Source: Carcharhinus longimanus
Taxonomy: Eukaryota
Assembly: GCA_030264375.1 (NCBI GenBank)
Contig: JASCQW010000072.1
Coordinates: forward strand, 73,763,239 to 73,827,238
DNA length: 64,000 nucleotides
Reading direction: 5' to 3'
Positions 50,140 to 63,609 of the stretch are shown in pieces. Position 1 is the stretch's first letter, and each line of letters begins with the position of its first letter. The translations under genes and the position numbers were made by a program. Under the pieces are notes generated by a model. The model ran no database searches. It was not told where the DNA came from and saw nothing but the letters and a program-made list of their open reading frames with translations.

Positions 50140-50850
50140 GATGATGGTGTAGTGATAATGTCACTGGACTAGTAATCCAGAGGCCCAGGCTAATTCTCCA
50201 AAGGAGGTTCAAATCCTATCACAGCAGCTGGGGGAATTTAAATTATTAAATTAATAACAGTTAACAAAAACCAGGTATTGAGCACTAGTTCAATTATGTA
50301 AAAACACATCTGTTTCACTAATGCCCTTTCAGAGAAGGAAATCTTCCAACTTTGCCTGGGCTGGCCTACTTTATAGAAGAGAGAATCCCATAGTCTAGAA
50401 GGAGACCATTCAGCCCGTTGGGTCTACAACAACTCTCCAAAGCATATCTTATCAGGCCCACACCACCCCCCCCCCCCCCTTCCCTGTAATCCCATGCGTT
50501 TGCATAGCTAATCCACCTATCCTGCACATCTTGGGACACCAAGGGGAAATTTAACATGACCAATCCACCTAAGCAAATCACCTTTGGATTGTGGGAGGAA
50601 AATGGAGCACCAGGAAAAAACCCATGGAGGCAGAGGGAGCATGTGCAAACTCCACACAGTCACCTGGGATAGAATTGAACCAGGTCTCTGGTGCTGTGAG
50701 GCAGCAGTGTTAACCACTGTGCTTTCCTCCATGTGACTCCAGATCCAGAATAATGTGGTTGACTCTGAACTATCCTCTGAAATGGGTTAGCAAGCCAAGA
50801 TGGGGAACAAATGCTGGTTGCCAGAGAGGCCCATTTCCCACAAAAGAATT
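50140..50850 (+). mobile_element. tRNA-like SINE interrupted by an antisense HE1-type SINE at 50370-50730
   Basis: Head ggtgtagtgataatgtcactggactagtaatccagagg...ggttcaaatcc. The body breaks at ggcctac| and resumes |atgtgactccaga. An antisense copy of the host family lies at about 25095-25285. Confidence 0.72.
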
Positions 50851-51887
50851 AAAATAAAAGTCAGGTGCAGTTAAATGTAGAAAAATCTAAAACCATGCAT
50901 TTGGAGATGCAGAGAATAAACAAAGGAATACTGACCAAGTGAATCTGAGAATCAGAAAGACACCTAAAAACATCAACACAATATCTAGCTTTATTGGAAA
51001 AACCTATCATGTTGCTCACAAAGAAAAATGGAGTGTACATCAGGAAGTTACCACTGAGCATTAATCAGGTCTCATTTAATGTATTTTGTGCAGTCTTGAG
51101 AATCAGTCATAGAAAGAATGTAGCTGGGCTTCAGTAGGTATACAGAAAGCTTGCTAACTTGATGGGATAATGAGGTACTGGGAAACTGAAGAATGAAACA
51201 TGGGCCTATTAGTGAAGAACTGTGACTCTTTTTGAGGAGAAGGTGACCAAAGGAATATGGATGAAATAGATGGCTCAGATTCACATCTACCATCCTGCTG
51301 AACCAAAACCTGTGGAAGCAGTTATCCTCCTCCATTGCTGTGTAATTCTATGAGGGCCTTTTGAAATGATTAGCAGCAAAATAACTTGTGATCAGTAATA
51401 TTTGTGCCATCTGATATCTTTAGTTTTCACATTTGTTGCGCTTGGTACTCTGAAATCCTGTAAAAATGAAGCACTAGAAGCAATTCTCAAAGCTTGCAGT
51501 GGATTTTGCAGCAAACAGAATAGTGCAACTTTAAAGCATCACATCTCAATAAGACATTTCAGCACATTTACAATAGCAACTCATTTGTATTAAATTTCCT
51601 TGGAAAATGAAGCTCTTGAACATTCTGAAAAAGAGCTGGCCACTGCACCACAATACTGTATAGTTTGTAGATTGTATGGAAATGTTTTTGTTCCAACTCA
51701 GCAGCTCCAGCTGGTAGTCTGGATGGAATTCACTGCCTATTTAAAATGGTGAACATTAAGCAAATTTTGTATTGGAGAGGCCTTGTTCACATTCGTTTAT
51801 TTATCTGATGTCTGTTCACATAGCTACATCTAATGTTGAACCCAACGACTGTTTTGGTTTGTTGGTTTGTTCTGTGGAAGAATACAA

Positions 51888-52192
51888 CATAGAATCTCTA
51901 CAATGCAGAAGAAAGCCATTTGGCTCGTTGAACCTGCACCTACAACAATCCCACCCAGCCCTATCCACATAACCTGACATATTTACCCTATCGATTCTCC
52001 TGACACTAAGGGGCAATTTATCACGGCTAATCAACCTAACTTACACATCTTTGCACTGTTGGAGGAAACTGGAGCATCTAGAGGAAATCCACACAGACCT
52101 GATGAAAACGTGTAAACTCCACATGGTGGCCTGAGGCCGGAATTGAATCTGGCCCTGGTGCTTTGAGGCTAGCCACTGTCTCTGTGCCGCCC
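51888..52192 (-). mobile_element. HE1-type V-SINE
   Basis: catagaatctctacaatgcagaagaaagccatt...aaggggcaatttatcacggctaatcaacctaac...ggaggaaactggagc. Confidence 0.85.
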
Positions 52193-55100
52193 TGAAAGTG
52201 CCTAGACAGAAGAGACAACTAGGTTAATGTAGGNNNNNNNNNNNNNNNNNNNNNNNNNNNNNNNNNNNNNNNNNNNNNNNNNNNNNNNNNNNNNNNNNNN
52301 NNNNNNNNNNNNNNNNNNNNNNNNNNNNNNNNNGAAAGTGCCTAGACAGAAGAGACAACTATGTTAATGTAGGATTAGCAGGTTCTTACCCTGGAAGACA
52401 ACAGTGAAGCAGTTAGTTTTATATTTTGCCTCAATCACACCATTATATTGCATTCATTTTGCAGTACTCACCTGCAAATTAAGAGACTGAATTCAAATTC
52501 ACAGCTTGCAATGTTTCAGCTTGAACTGTGCTGGTTGGTATCATTACCACTACAATTCCATATCTGTGATTGTGACAATACAACAAGCACACTGTGGCAA
52601 GGATTGTGTAGGAACATGCCCAAATAGAAATAAAAGGTGAAGTTTTGTGATTGGGTGATGTTCAGCTTGGATTTTGATAGCCTGGTGCATTTGGAGCATG
52701 GAAGGAAGTGGATAGAAAGTTCAGTGAAGTACTGACCACTATATAACTATAGGGTAAGTTTAAAGCAAGAAAGGCTGCAGCAATGAGAAAAGTTAGAAGT
52801 TAAAGGGCTTGTCTATCAAATTATGTTTTTTGCCTCCATATCAAGGAAAATAAAAGAGGAAATCAAGGTTCTTGGAGGCAGCTTTTTAAAGTTTTTTTTT
52901 AAGGTTTATGTATTAGTGTAACAAGTAGGCTTACATTAAAGTTGCAATGAATTTACTGTGAAAATTCCTTAGTCGCCGTACTCCGGTGCCTGTTCAGGTG
53001 CACTGAGGAAGAATTTAGCATGGCCAATGCACCTAACCAGTACGTCTTTCTGACTTTACTGTGATATGATTGAATTCAATATAATATAAATATGTGGCCT
53101 TTATGCACAAAAATGTACTTGTACTCTCTCCAAAAGGCATTGACTCAGTTACAATAAATCAATGTTCCTTTTATCATCTAATGTAAGATTCCAAGTCCAT
53201 ACATTTGATTGTGGGGGCATGGAACACTTCATACATAAGCCCATTTCTACCTTTGCCTGCTGAATTTATACTTGTTTCTATTAGGACTCACACCAGCATC
53301 TGCTTTCTCCTCCCCACTTGCTTCTAGTCTAGACACTGATATTGATTGTAGTATTCCCTTTGTTATTCCCCTTGACCTCAGCTGAGTTCAGCTAACTCGG
53401 CACAGACCAGCCACAGCCTTCTCTGTCAGTACAATTCAGTATTACATTGAGTGGTGTCCTTATGCATATTGCATGTAGGCAGAACTACTTATCTCTGTTT
53501 GAAATCATTTTTGCAGCTCGTCATTGCTTACACTTTTTTCGGTTAAAATTTGTTTTATTTTTGTAGTTGAGCTATTTGAGGATCCTTGTGAGATTTTTAT
53601 ATGAATATGCGAGTGGGAAATGTATACAGAGCTGTTATAAAGGAAGTCGTAAAATGTAGATGTGAAAATACCTTATTTGTTTTCTTTCAGAGGACGAGAA
53701 AATATGGGCACTCAAAAGACCAGTGCCACTTTTAATGGTATGGCAAATGCATAAAATGAAAGAACTTGTTGCAATGTCCTTTTTTGGGGGAAGAATGGGG
53801 ATGTTGAATAAAATGCTTTTTGTACGGAGTGGTGAAGGGACAATTTTGGAGAAGGGTGCATTTTCGTACTAACTGGTGTTATGCATGGAGCTCACTCACA
53901 TTTATCCAAGTTGATGGTCTTAAATGTTTTCAGCCTATACACAAAATTAATTTGTTTTCTTTTTAAAAAAGACGTTCATCGTTGTGGACCATTGCATTGA
54001 CTTGGTTATTTTAATACTTTTAAAAAAATCATTCTCCGAATGTGGGCCTCAGTGGTAAGGTTGCATTTATTGCTGTGCGTTGCCTTGCTCAGGTGGTGGG
54101 CCGCCTTCTTGTTGAACTGCTTCAAAACGTCCTTGTGGTGAGCTTGCCCTAGTTTTAGGTAGGGAGAGCATGATATTGACCCAGTAATGTTGAAGGGCCA
54201 GTGATGTATGTCTGTGTCAGGATGGCACATGACTTGGAAATGACAGTGCTTCAAGTTCCTATCTCAAGTCACATGTCATTCATTAGTTAACTGACTAACA
54301 TCCTTGTATTGTTGAAGTGCAGGCACACATTTTTTTTATAGGAGCTATGATCCAGAAGCTGGGCAATTAGTCTTCTAATGGTCACATGATATGATTCAGC
54401 CTTTTGGAAGAGCATTAGTTTTTATTCTGGCCTAATTACATTGCAAATTTATTTTCCTCAGTCCAAAAAGATTATGGCTAAAGATCGAAGCATCAGAATG
54501 TCATGAAGAAAGGCAGATGGTTTAAAATTTATCAGAGATCAGATGTAATATAATGGAGCTGATCATCTGACATTGTGCATCACATTACATGAATCATGAT
54601 GCACACTTTTTAATTACTTTCTTTCCTGTCTTATCATGTGGCCAGTCTGAAAATTAGCTTTCAGACCTTCCCGGTGCTGCTTTGTTGCACTTGTTGCTAA
54701 GAGACCTCCAACAATGCATTAAAAACCTTTCAATTTTTATGCCTGCTACAAGAAAGCAAACAGCCTTTTGCTTGATTGCAGCTGCATTCACGAATTTGGT
54801 AACATGTGAAATTGAACTTGGGTCCTATCTTTCCACATCAATGAAGCACCCGTTTTTATTTGCCCATTGCATAATTCTGATTTAATTGGCCAGTTTTTCA
54901 GCTGTAAACTGAACAAAGAAAACATGAGCAATTTGGTAATCCATCTGTTGGGAGTCATTGTTTATGATCGGAAGATATCTTCATATCACTTTTTGGTTGT
55001 TAGTGCAATGAGCTACTGCTAAAAGTATTGAAATTGCCACCAATCACCTGGAGGCTGTTGGAAAAAAAACCAACAGCAATCTGCCAGCAAATCACTTGAC

Positions 55101-56139
55101 TTCAGCCATTACTTGCTTGATTTGGTTACGTTATTCCACTAATGACCGAATAACTAATGATGAGAGTAGTCTTTTCCTCTCCCTAGATTCCATTTGACCT
55201 GATTGCAGACATACATGGGCTAAGGGGCAATCAGGAGAACAGGAGGGAGATGTTCACGTCAGCTTTCCCAATTGTCTCCGAGGCATGTGGAGATGACTAC
55301 CTTTTATTTTCCTTTTTGCATACACTAATCTGTGAGACCAAGAACTCGGTAACCTATTTACCATAACATTTTCTGCCTTTTGTGAATGGGGGAATCCCCC
55401 ATTCAATTACAATGTCTACATTCTGAGTTAAGAGCATTGCTACTTGCACAAGTATAACTGAAGTAGAGCAGGAACTGCTTAGAGTTTCCCAATTTGAAAT
55501 CTGATTATGAAAGATGAATTGAACTGTGAAATATTTCATCCTCTTTATATCAGAATGCATCGCTGCCTAAGGGGTTGCAGGAGAGCTTGAGTTTCGATGT
55601 CTTTACCATGTTTCTCCCATGTCCAGCTATCAGCATGTGTTTGCATGTGACTATCCCTCCAAGTACACCTCCTTTACTGTAAATAATTTTCAGGTTCCTA
55701 ATCTATGAGTCTAGTAGCAAAAGGAAGTTTACTATTTTTTTCACTAAATTGTGACTGATTTTATTTCCCATTTGTCCAGGTTTTTCTATCTTTACAGTAT
55801 GCTCAGAGATTCCCTCCGAGCAGTAGGCTGCCAACTTCACAAATTTTATAGCTACTGTATAGTACCTGGGAGCAACTTAAGGATACATGAAGGGTGTAGT
55901 ATTGCTACTTGTCTCTTTATCTGGGCCTGTATATATTTTTTAAAGAAACCCTCTGCCTTTAGCATCTTGAAATTGCAATATTCAGATGTGAGTTTACTTC
56001 TCTACACAGTTGCTGAGGCTGCTCCTATTTCTTAGGTTCCTGGGTTCAGCCATGTAGGATATTGTAAATAATATAAGCAAGCAACAAATATTCAGTTTTA
56101 TTTTGCAGCAGCTTTAATGAAAGGTTTTCATAAATATAG

Positions 56140-56560
56140 AATTGTTACTGCATTGAAGGAGGCCATTCAGCTCATCGTGCCCATTCTCTCTGCAAGAGCA
56201 AATTAGATTGCACTGTTTCTCTGCCCTTTCCTTCTAGCTATGCAATTCTTTTTATCTTCAGATAATTTAACCAATTCACTTTAGAAAGCCATGGTTGAAC
56301 CTGACTCCATTTAAGTCTCAGGCGGAGCATTTCCAGATCCTAACCACTCATTGTGCAAAAAGAATTTCCTCGTGTTGCTACTGTTTCTTTTGCCAATCAT
56401 CGTGTATCAATGTCCTCTGGTTCTCAGCTCTTCTGCCAGTGGGACCAGTTTTATTCCATCTACTCTGTCCAGACCCCTCATGATCTTTATTAAATCTCCT
56501 CCCAACTTTCTTTTTTCCTAAGGAGAACAGCCCCAGCTTGTTCCATCTGTCTGTGTACCT
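56140..56560 (-). mobile_element. Decayed CR1 3' fragment
   Basis: gaaggaggccattcagctcatc tail, plus ttccagatcctaaccactc and ctactctgtccagacccctcatgat. Confidence 0.7.
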
Positions 56561-57519
56561 GGAAATGTTGAGTTTGTCATCAAATAATGGGACCAGCCCT
56601 GTTCAAATTGTTCCTTGACTACAAAGCTATCAGAACCTCGTAATGAAGTTCAGCAGCACCAACAAAAAGAGTGGCAACCAAATTCAGAAATTAAGTGTTG
56701 TACCTAGTTTTACTTGGGTCAAGCACAAACCTGAAAAAATATTAAATATTGAGACCATTCAATAGTTCAAATAATTTGTACATGTAAGCAGCTGTTCCTT
56801 GTGTTCGTTTTTGGACTTCGCAAAATTTGGGAACCCAGGAAGGGTGGGAAGTCAAAGAACAATATTGTTTCCCCTTTCTCTATCGTTTCTGTTCCTATGT
56901 CTGTGCCTAGCGAAGAGTTGACAATGAGACATGCATGCAGAGTTTAAATGGTGGCAGCCCTGGCTTTCAAAAGCTGTGTTTGGCCTGGAGCCGAGCTATC
57001 GTTTCTCCTTCATCGTATATTTTTTGCATCTGGGAAACACCTAAAATTATTAACAATTGTAGGTGCATATTTTTTACTTGATTCTAAAACTGGTCTAATA
57101 ATGTGTTCATATAACAGTGAAATCCCGTCAGATTGGGTGCTCCTGCGTATATGTTTGCTGGCTAATGTCATGCAATCAGTCTTTGAAAAGAAGGAAGCTG
57201 AAAGTGTGCACTGTCATGTAAAAGTAATAAGTCATTGTGCATAGTTGGCTGCATGTCCCTCCATGAATTACTTTAACACTAAACTCCTCACTTAAGAACT
57301 GCAGCCTCTTTCAAAGCTTTCCCTTACTAACTGTACATTATCCTTGTGCTATTTCCATCCTCTGCAGTTTGCTACCTTCAATTAGTGCTTTCATGCAACA
57401 TTTGAAAGTTGTGACCATGTAGTCACCTAAGCGCAAATAACTCTGTTAGATTATGATTTTGCTTTATATTGGCTTACATGTTGCTGTTGTATTTGCCTCG
57501 TTGGTTTGAACTATTCTAA

Positions 57520-57690
<171 letters not shown>

Positions 57691-60611
57691 TGAGTGGAAA
57701 TTTATTTGAACAAATAAAGACAGAAGTGAATATACTGGGAAGAAAATTAGATTTTTCACCTGAAATGTAGTTAAACCCTGCCAAAATTTGATGCTACTGA
57801 CTGCGTCAGAAATTATACTTTAACTTCATCACTAAATGCAATTCCAAGTCTGCTACTAAAAATATTGGAGATTATAGAGTTATCTCAAGCTAGCTCAGAC
57901 AGCACCTAAACGCTCCATATTATGAAATTGCACCTGGAAGCTGTGCCCCAAGTATCTGGGCCATGTGTTTATTTGTGCTGCAGTACTAGGGGGAACACTT
58001 CTGCACATGCTCAATGTCAGAGCCTGTGACTGTTCAAAGTGGGAGATACTTTTAAGGGCAGTTTTGCTTTCTGTTGCTGAATTATGCATTTTATAAAAAG
58101 TTTGTGACCTGTAAGTGTCTCCTTTTACCACAAAATCAGTTAATGGAAAGAAATTGCAGGCACCCTGAGAGCAACCATTTTAATAGCCAGGTTCTTGAAA
58201 TGGCAAAAAAATTGTAAATGTTTTCAATAATTTGTTTCACCTCAAAATTTGTCAGCATTAGATTTTAGACAGTTCCGAGTTCCCTTGCCTAGCCAAAAAT
58301 GAGGAAATCTACCCGGTGAATGCTAGAAATAGGAACTTTAGTGGAAGAACTTGAATGCTGTTTCTTTAATAACTGTGCATTCTATTATCATGGCCGTGAT
58401 TGTCCCAAATGGAATCTAAGTACTGCTGCCGGTGGGAAAATTGGTGTGTTTCCTGTTGGCAATGGCAACGCTACTAGAGGGGATTCAGTGAGTTTAAAAC
58501 TGAAAGAAGTGCCCTTGCAGGAATCACGCCGAGTCAAACATGCCAGAGGCTCCCGAATTGGGGATCAGCTGCTCAGCTAACACACAAGAACACATCCTGC
58601 TTTTCCTTCTTTGAAGAGTAACCCAGTCTCACATTAATGCTGGAAACATTTCATCTTGGATCTTTTCAGACCAATATTTTTGAGTTACAACTGTAGACTT
58701 ACCTCTGACAGTCCCAATGGCAACAAGAACCCCAAAAAAATCATTTAAGTAACTGAACTGCTCCCCAAAAATTTAGTATATCACAAGACTAATTAGATGC
58801 TCCATGCAATGTTCGTGAAAAACATGTGTTATAATTGATTCAGACCTGCAGTTTTTCCCATGACAACTGCATGTCAATCTCAATCTTTCATACATACATA
58901 TGATAATATGATGAGGTGTTATTCTGAAATTGTACCTAGTACAGGAACATCAGGGTGGCACAGTGCACTAGGGTTTTGAGCTTGTATACAATAAAGCAGA
59001 GATACAGATTAGCGCATATAGAGTCTCAGGGGTTTCCAATCTCACCTAATCATTGGAAGGCAAGCACTCCCCACATAGGGAGGAAGAATTACCCCAATAC
59101 CTTTTGCCTTTGCATAACCCCTTGTGACCAACTGTCCAAACATCTTTCTTGTAGATGCTGAAAATAATGAAAAAATCATCATAAAAAGACTTGCATTCTT
59201 GCACAGCACCCTATCATATCTGAATGCTTAAGAGTTACAGTGAAATATTATGAACAGTAAGCAGGTGAACACCGATGAGGAGAAAGCAAAATTGTGTAGG
59301 AAGAGTTTGATGCTTTAGTTAGCAGTTTACTCGTGTAGGATCTGGCATGTTTGTTAAGTGTGGTAGTGCCATAACTCTAAGGTCAATTTCAAATCTAAGG
59401 TAACCACAACAAAAGTCAGACTTGCGAAACTTCTAAGAACCAATGTTCAAATAATCACAATTCCACATCCTCATCTCGTATGTCAATGGCAGAATTATTT
59501 GGTTGTCTTATTTCATTATTATGAATAGTCCATCTGATGGTCACACTGGATGAAGTGAGGAGATTGACTTTAGATGTGTAGAAAAAAAAAGCAGAGGAGG
59601 TGGCAGTTCAGCCCATCAGATGTCTGCCAACTGAGAGATTCATTTTTCAGCCCTTGGCAGTAGCTTAGTAAAGTATGGTACTTTTAATGGATAACCGTAT
59701 GCTGCATGTTTTAGAAGCTTTCTGCTTCTAACCTCACTCTCTGGTTAAAATAATTGCCTCTCAATTCCCCTTTAATCTTTCAGCCTATCACTTTTAATCT
59801 ATGCTGTCTGGTGATTCCTCTGCTTTTAGAAATAGGTCCTTCCATTTCCACTCTATCGAGACCCCGTCAAATTTTGATGTGCTTCAATTAAATCTTCCCT
59901 CAGCTGCCTCCAATCTTAAAGGTAAAAACTCTAGCCTATCTAATCTTGAAGTTTGGATGAGTTTAAAAAAAAACAACAAGAGAAAAAGGTGGTAATATGA
60001 AGTTCATGGGCTCAGTGAGAAGTTTTGCAAAGTAAAAGAAGCCAGTGGTGAAAAAAACAGTACTAGAATCATATCTGCTTTTTAGGAAAAGAAAGCAATG
60101 CTGTTTCTCAAGTAGTGAGTAGAAGCTGCCTGCAACTAATTAGTTTGGGTGAGAGATAGTCTTGCAAACCAAACCTATATTCTTGTAACTGCAGAGTTTC
60201 ATCATTAGTAAAAAATCAATATAAATGTATTTTGAATGAAATGTTTGAGACAAAATAATCACCCAGTATAGGGCTCAAAACCATGGCCCTGGGATAAAGG
60301 GTCCCATTGGCCACCAACCAAACTAGTTGACTGTGTATGAATTCCTTGCATAAGGCCTTTTCAACTTGTTCCTATAAATCAAAGGAGAAGAGTTATTTAG
60401 TGGTTTAAGGTGCAGTGTTAAACTGGCCTTCCTGTAGCGTTAAATTAGCGTGGGAACAAAATGCATGCATCCACCATCTTATTGTAGAATTTGTACTTGT
60501 GTCAATGAGCGCATTGTGGACTGAGTGTGGATATGTAACTGTTCCTGAAACCTTACCGGTTGACAGCATGAGTGAGAGTGCCAAATTAATTTCCCAACAT
60601 GCACAGGCCTT

Positions 60612-60783
60612 GGGTGAGATTTTCCAGCCGTTCATGCTAGCGGGGTCATCTCCTGCTCCTGGCAAGTTCCTGCCACAGATGCCCCGTTGATAGCAGTGGG
60701 ACCAAAGATCCCACTGCTGGACAATGGCAGGCTCCCTCCCCTGCTGCAAAACATGCTGTGGGGGGAGCAGAAAATCCCATCCC
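60612..60783. mobile_element. MITE-like element with short GGG-initiated TIRs (possibly PIF/Harbinger-derived)
   Basis: Left end gggtgagattttc and right end gaaaatcccatccc (reverse complement gggatgggattttc), enclosing a GC-rich 172 bp interior. Confidence 0.55.
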
Positions 60784-60962
60784 TTGTGTGCCTTTATGTA
60801 TTTTCATCAACTTAACCTGCTCTACTTTTTCATGAAAACCTCAATGAGTGGATGCCAACTGCAGCCTGGTGCGGTTTTCTAGTACTGGGCTTCACAGAGT
60901 TAAAGGGTTGGCCTGTCTTAACTGCTAGCAAACTTGCAATTCATATGGCATTAAAGACATAA

Positions 60963-61192
60963 TGTGGAGATGCTGGTGTTGGACTGGGGTAAACACAATA
61001 AGAAATCTCACAACACCAGGTTAAAGTCCAACAGGTTTATTTGGTAACAAAAGCTACTAGCTTTTGGAGCGCTGTTGCTTTGTTAGGTAACTCCCACTTA
61101 ACTGACAAAGGAGCAGTGCTCCAAAAGCTGGTGGCTTTTGCTACCAAATAAACTTGTTGGGAGTTTAACCTGGTGTTGTGAGACTTACTGTG
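60963..61192. mobile_element. Palindromic Penelope-terminus-like element (about 95 bp arms, 7 nt loop)
   Basis: 60994-61090 is the imperfect reverse complement of 61098-61192. Single arms of the same family occur at 18746-18797 and 44777-44827. Confidence 0.85.
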
Positions 61193-61869
61193 TAAAAGAC
61201 ATGGCTAAACAGCTACTAAATTTCTGAACATGCAACAGAAGGATTAACACCTGCCCATGTGCTAGATTCACATTGAGGTAAATTCCTGTCATGAAGGTGA
61301 AATAAGTGCAAGAAGGGAGTTGCGCTGACTTTTCACTCAACACCTGGAAGCATCAGCTTTTGGGTTGAGAATCAAATAGCTGCTGTAGAGTCACCATACG
61401 TTGAAGTATAGGACATGTCCATGCTGAAATCAGAATGATCATGGTAATGCACTCGTGCATTTTAATGATGAGCTGTGCAAGACACTACAGAAGGTACCTA
61501 CCTGGTACCCGTCACCAACTTCACAAGGATTCAAAACCTCGACTCGTCAGTGGCCGAGTAACCAGCTTATGACTGTCTGCCTTGAAGCTGGAGGTTAATG
61601 GGATTTCTTTAGCATTGAAAGCAGCTTCAAAGATAGGGACCTAGCCAAATCTCTGTGGTAGACTCAGTAATCTAGTATTGGAGCTATGCTGTCCTACACC
61701 ATCCGAAGGCACTGTTGATGATCAGTGAGCCACACTGCTGGAAAGACGAACATGTCTCTAGAAGGTGGGATCCTTTCCTTTCACTTTAAGTTGACCCTGC
61801 AGGCCTAATCCTGAATCAGATGGCCTTAGCTGAAGAAAGGTTAGGAAACCTACAACTGACAATACTAAG

Positions 61870-62150
61870 TTTAAGTTTATTTATTTATTAGTGTCGCAAG
61901 TAGGCTGTGTTGAAGTTACTGTGAAAATCTCCTAATCGCCACACTCCAGCACCTGTTTGGGCACACTGAGGGAGAATTTAGCACAGTCGATCCACCTTTT
62001 GGACTATGGGAGGAAACCAGAGCACCCAGAGGAAACTCACGCAGACATGGGGAAAATGTGCAGACTCCACATTGGTAGTGACCCAAGCCGCGAATCGAAC
62101 CCAGGTCCCCTGGTGTCATGAGGCAGCAGTGCTAACCATTGTGCGACCAT
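61870..62150 (-). mobile_element. V-SINE-like element with a non-CR1 tail
   Basis: Same structure as 6470-6735. Confidence 0.8.
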
Positions 62151-62822
62151 TACTCGCAGGTAATAGTTGGTTAGATTGCAGCAGTAAACTTGGGGAAAAC
62201 CTGAAGTCATGGGCTAGCTTACACTCTCTCCCTAACCTTAAGTAATTNNNNNNNNNNNNNNNNNNNNNNGATAATGCACTCAATTTTGAGCCTGACAATG
62301 GGTGTAGATTTCTAATTCGTTCATTTTGGGGAGTTTTTAATATATCAAAAGACGTGGCTTTTCTGAGTGACCCCATATGATTATAACTTGGTGAATTTCA
62401 AGTGATGGTATCTCTTGGTTCAGGTAAAAATGGCATTTAAGCCCATTGCAGCAATGGTAAAATAAGGGGTAGAGGATACTGTCTTTCCCAAATTCTTAAA
62501 AACCTTGATGTGGTTTGTTGTTATGGACTACACAATTTTACTGTTCCAGATAACGTGGGCAGTATTTGAAGAATCATGAAAAGCTGAATTATTTTAGCTT
62601 TGATTTTTTTTTTAAAATCCCAATTCTTTTTCTGGATCTAGCTTTGTTTGGTATTAACTTGTTTTAACCTTGTAGACAGTCAAAGTTATTTGCAGCTCTG
62701 GCTGACTCAGATCCCTATGGAGAAGCTAGCAGATGCTCTTGCACGTAATCACATTGGTTGTTTCCGACATGTGAGAAGCTGGTGACTGGGGGATGGGAGA
62801 TACAGAATAACACAAAGAAGCA

Positions 62823-62845
62823 CTCTCTCTCTCTCTCTCTCTCTC
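62823..62845. repeat. (CT)n microsatellite
   Basis: Direct reading. Confidence 0.95.
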
Positions 62846-63609
62846 AAATCTCACACTTAAAAATCCTGTTGCTTAAGCTTCCAATGTGACTTAGTCTGTG
62901 GAATGGTCTATGTCTTGTGGTTTATCTGCATTATTTGCTTATTGTTAACCTTCAGTACTAGATTGTTATTGCATAACTGGGAAAAATCTAAATGTTATCT
63001 TGCCCTTTCCATTCCAGTTGCAGCCATGGAGTGTTGTACAGAAAACAAATCTGAATTAATTAATTTTCTTACGATGAATTTTTGAGCAAAGCCTTTGAAC
63101 AAAATTCTCAGGAAATGTGCCCAATACTTAACAGGACGGAAATGGATCCTCCTTTACATATATTGATCATTTCTGTTAATTTGTTAGTTTTCATATATTA
63201 ATATAAAAAAGAATCTTGGGAGCACAGCCCTGGTGCTGTCCATTTATCGTGACTAAAGTCATGCTGGCTTTCAGGACTAAAGTGCAATGAAAAGGTCCCA
63301 GAAGACATTGTTTGGCATCACAAATTTAACACGTTGCAAGAAAGAGTCACACTTGCTGTTCCGCATGACTGATCCAAACTTGAGTAATGACTTTACCAAA
63401 CATGATATGACCAGATTAAATAGTGACAGTAAGGACTTGCTCAGATTTTTTAAAAAATTACTTAATTTGTTTTGGGCACAAATCAGGGCTTGTTTTCATG
63501 GTAAACCTCATATTTCCCTGAACCTGCTTTCCCCAATAAATGTAACCAAAATTGGTTTTCTTATTTTAATGAGTTTTTTGACCTTACTGCTCTGTAGGCA
63601 CTGACACTT

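Noticed and set aside
52194-52373. 40-bp direct repeat (one mismatch) on both sides of the 100-N gap
   Set aside because: Most likely an unmerged contig overlap or allelic ends at a placeholder gap, not a biological duplication.
55155-55205. RTGATGA...CTGA pairs as possible C/D snoRNAs (also near 58907)
   Set aside because: Too short, with no terminal stem or recognisable rRNA guide. Expected by chance.
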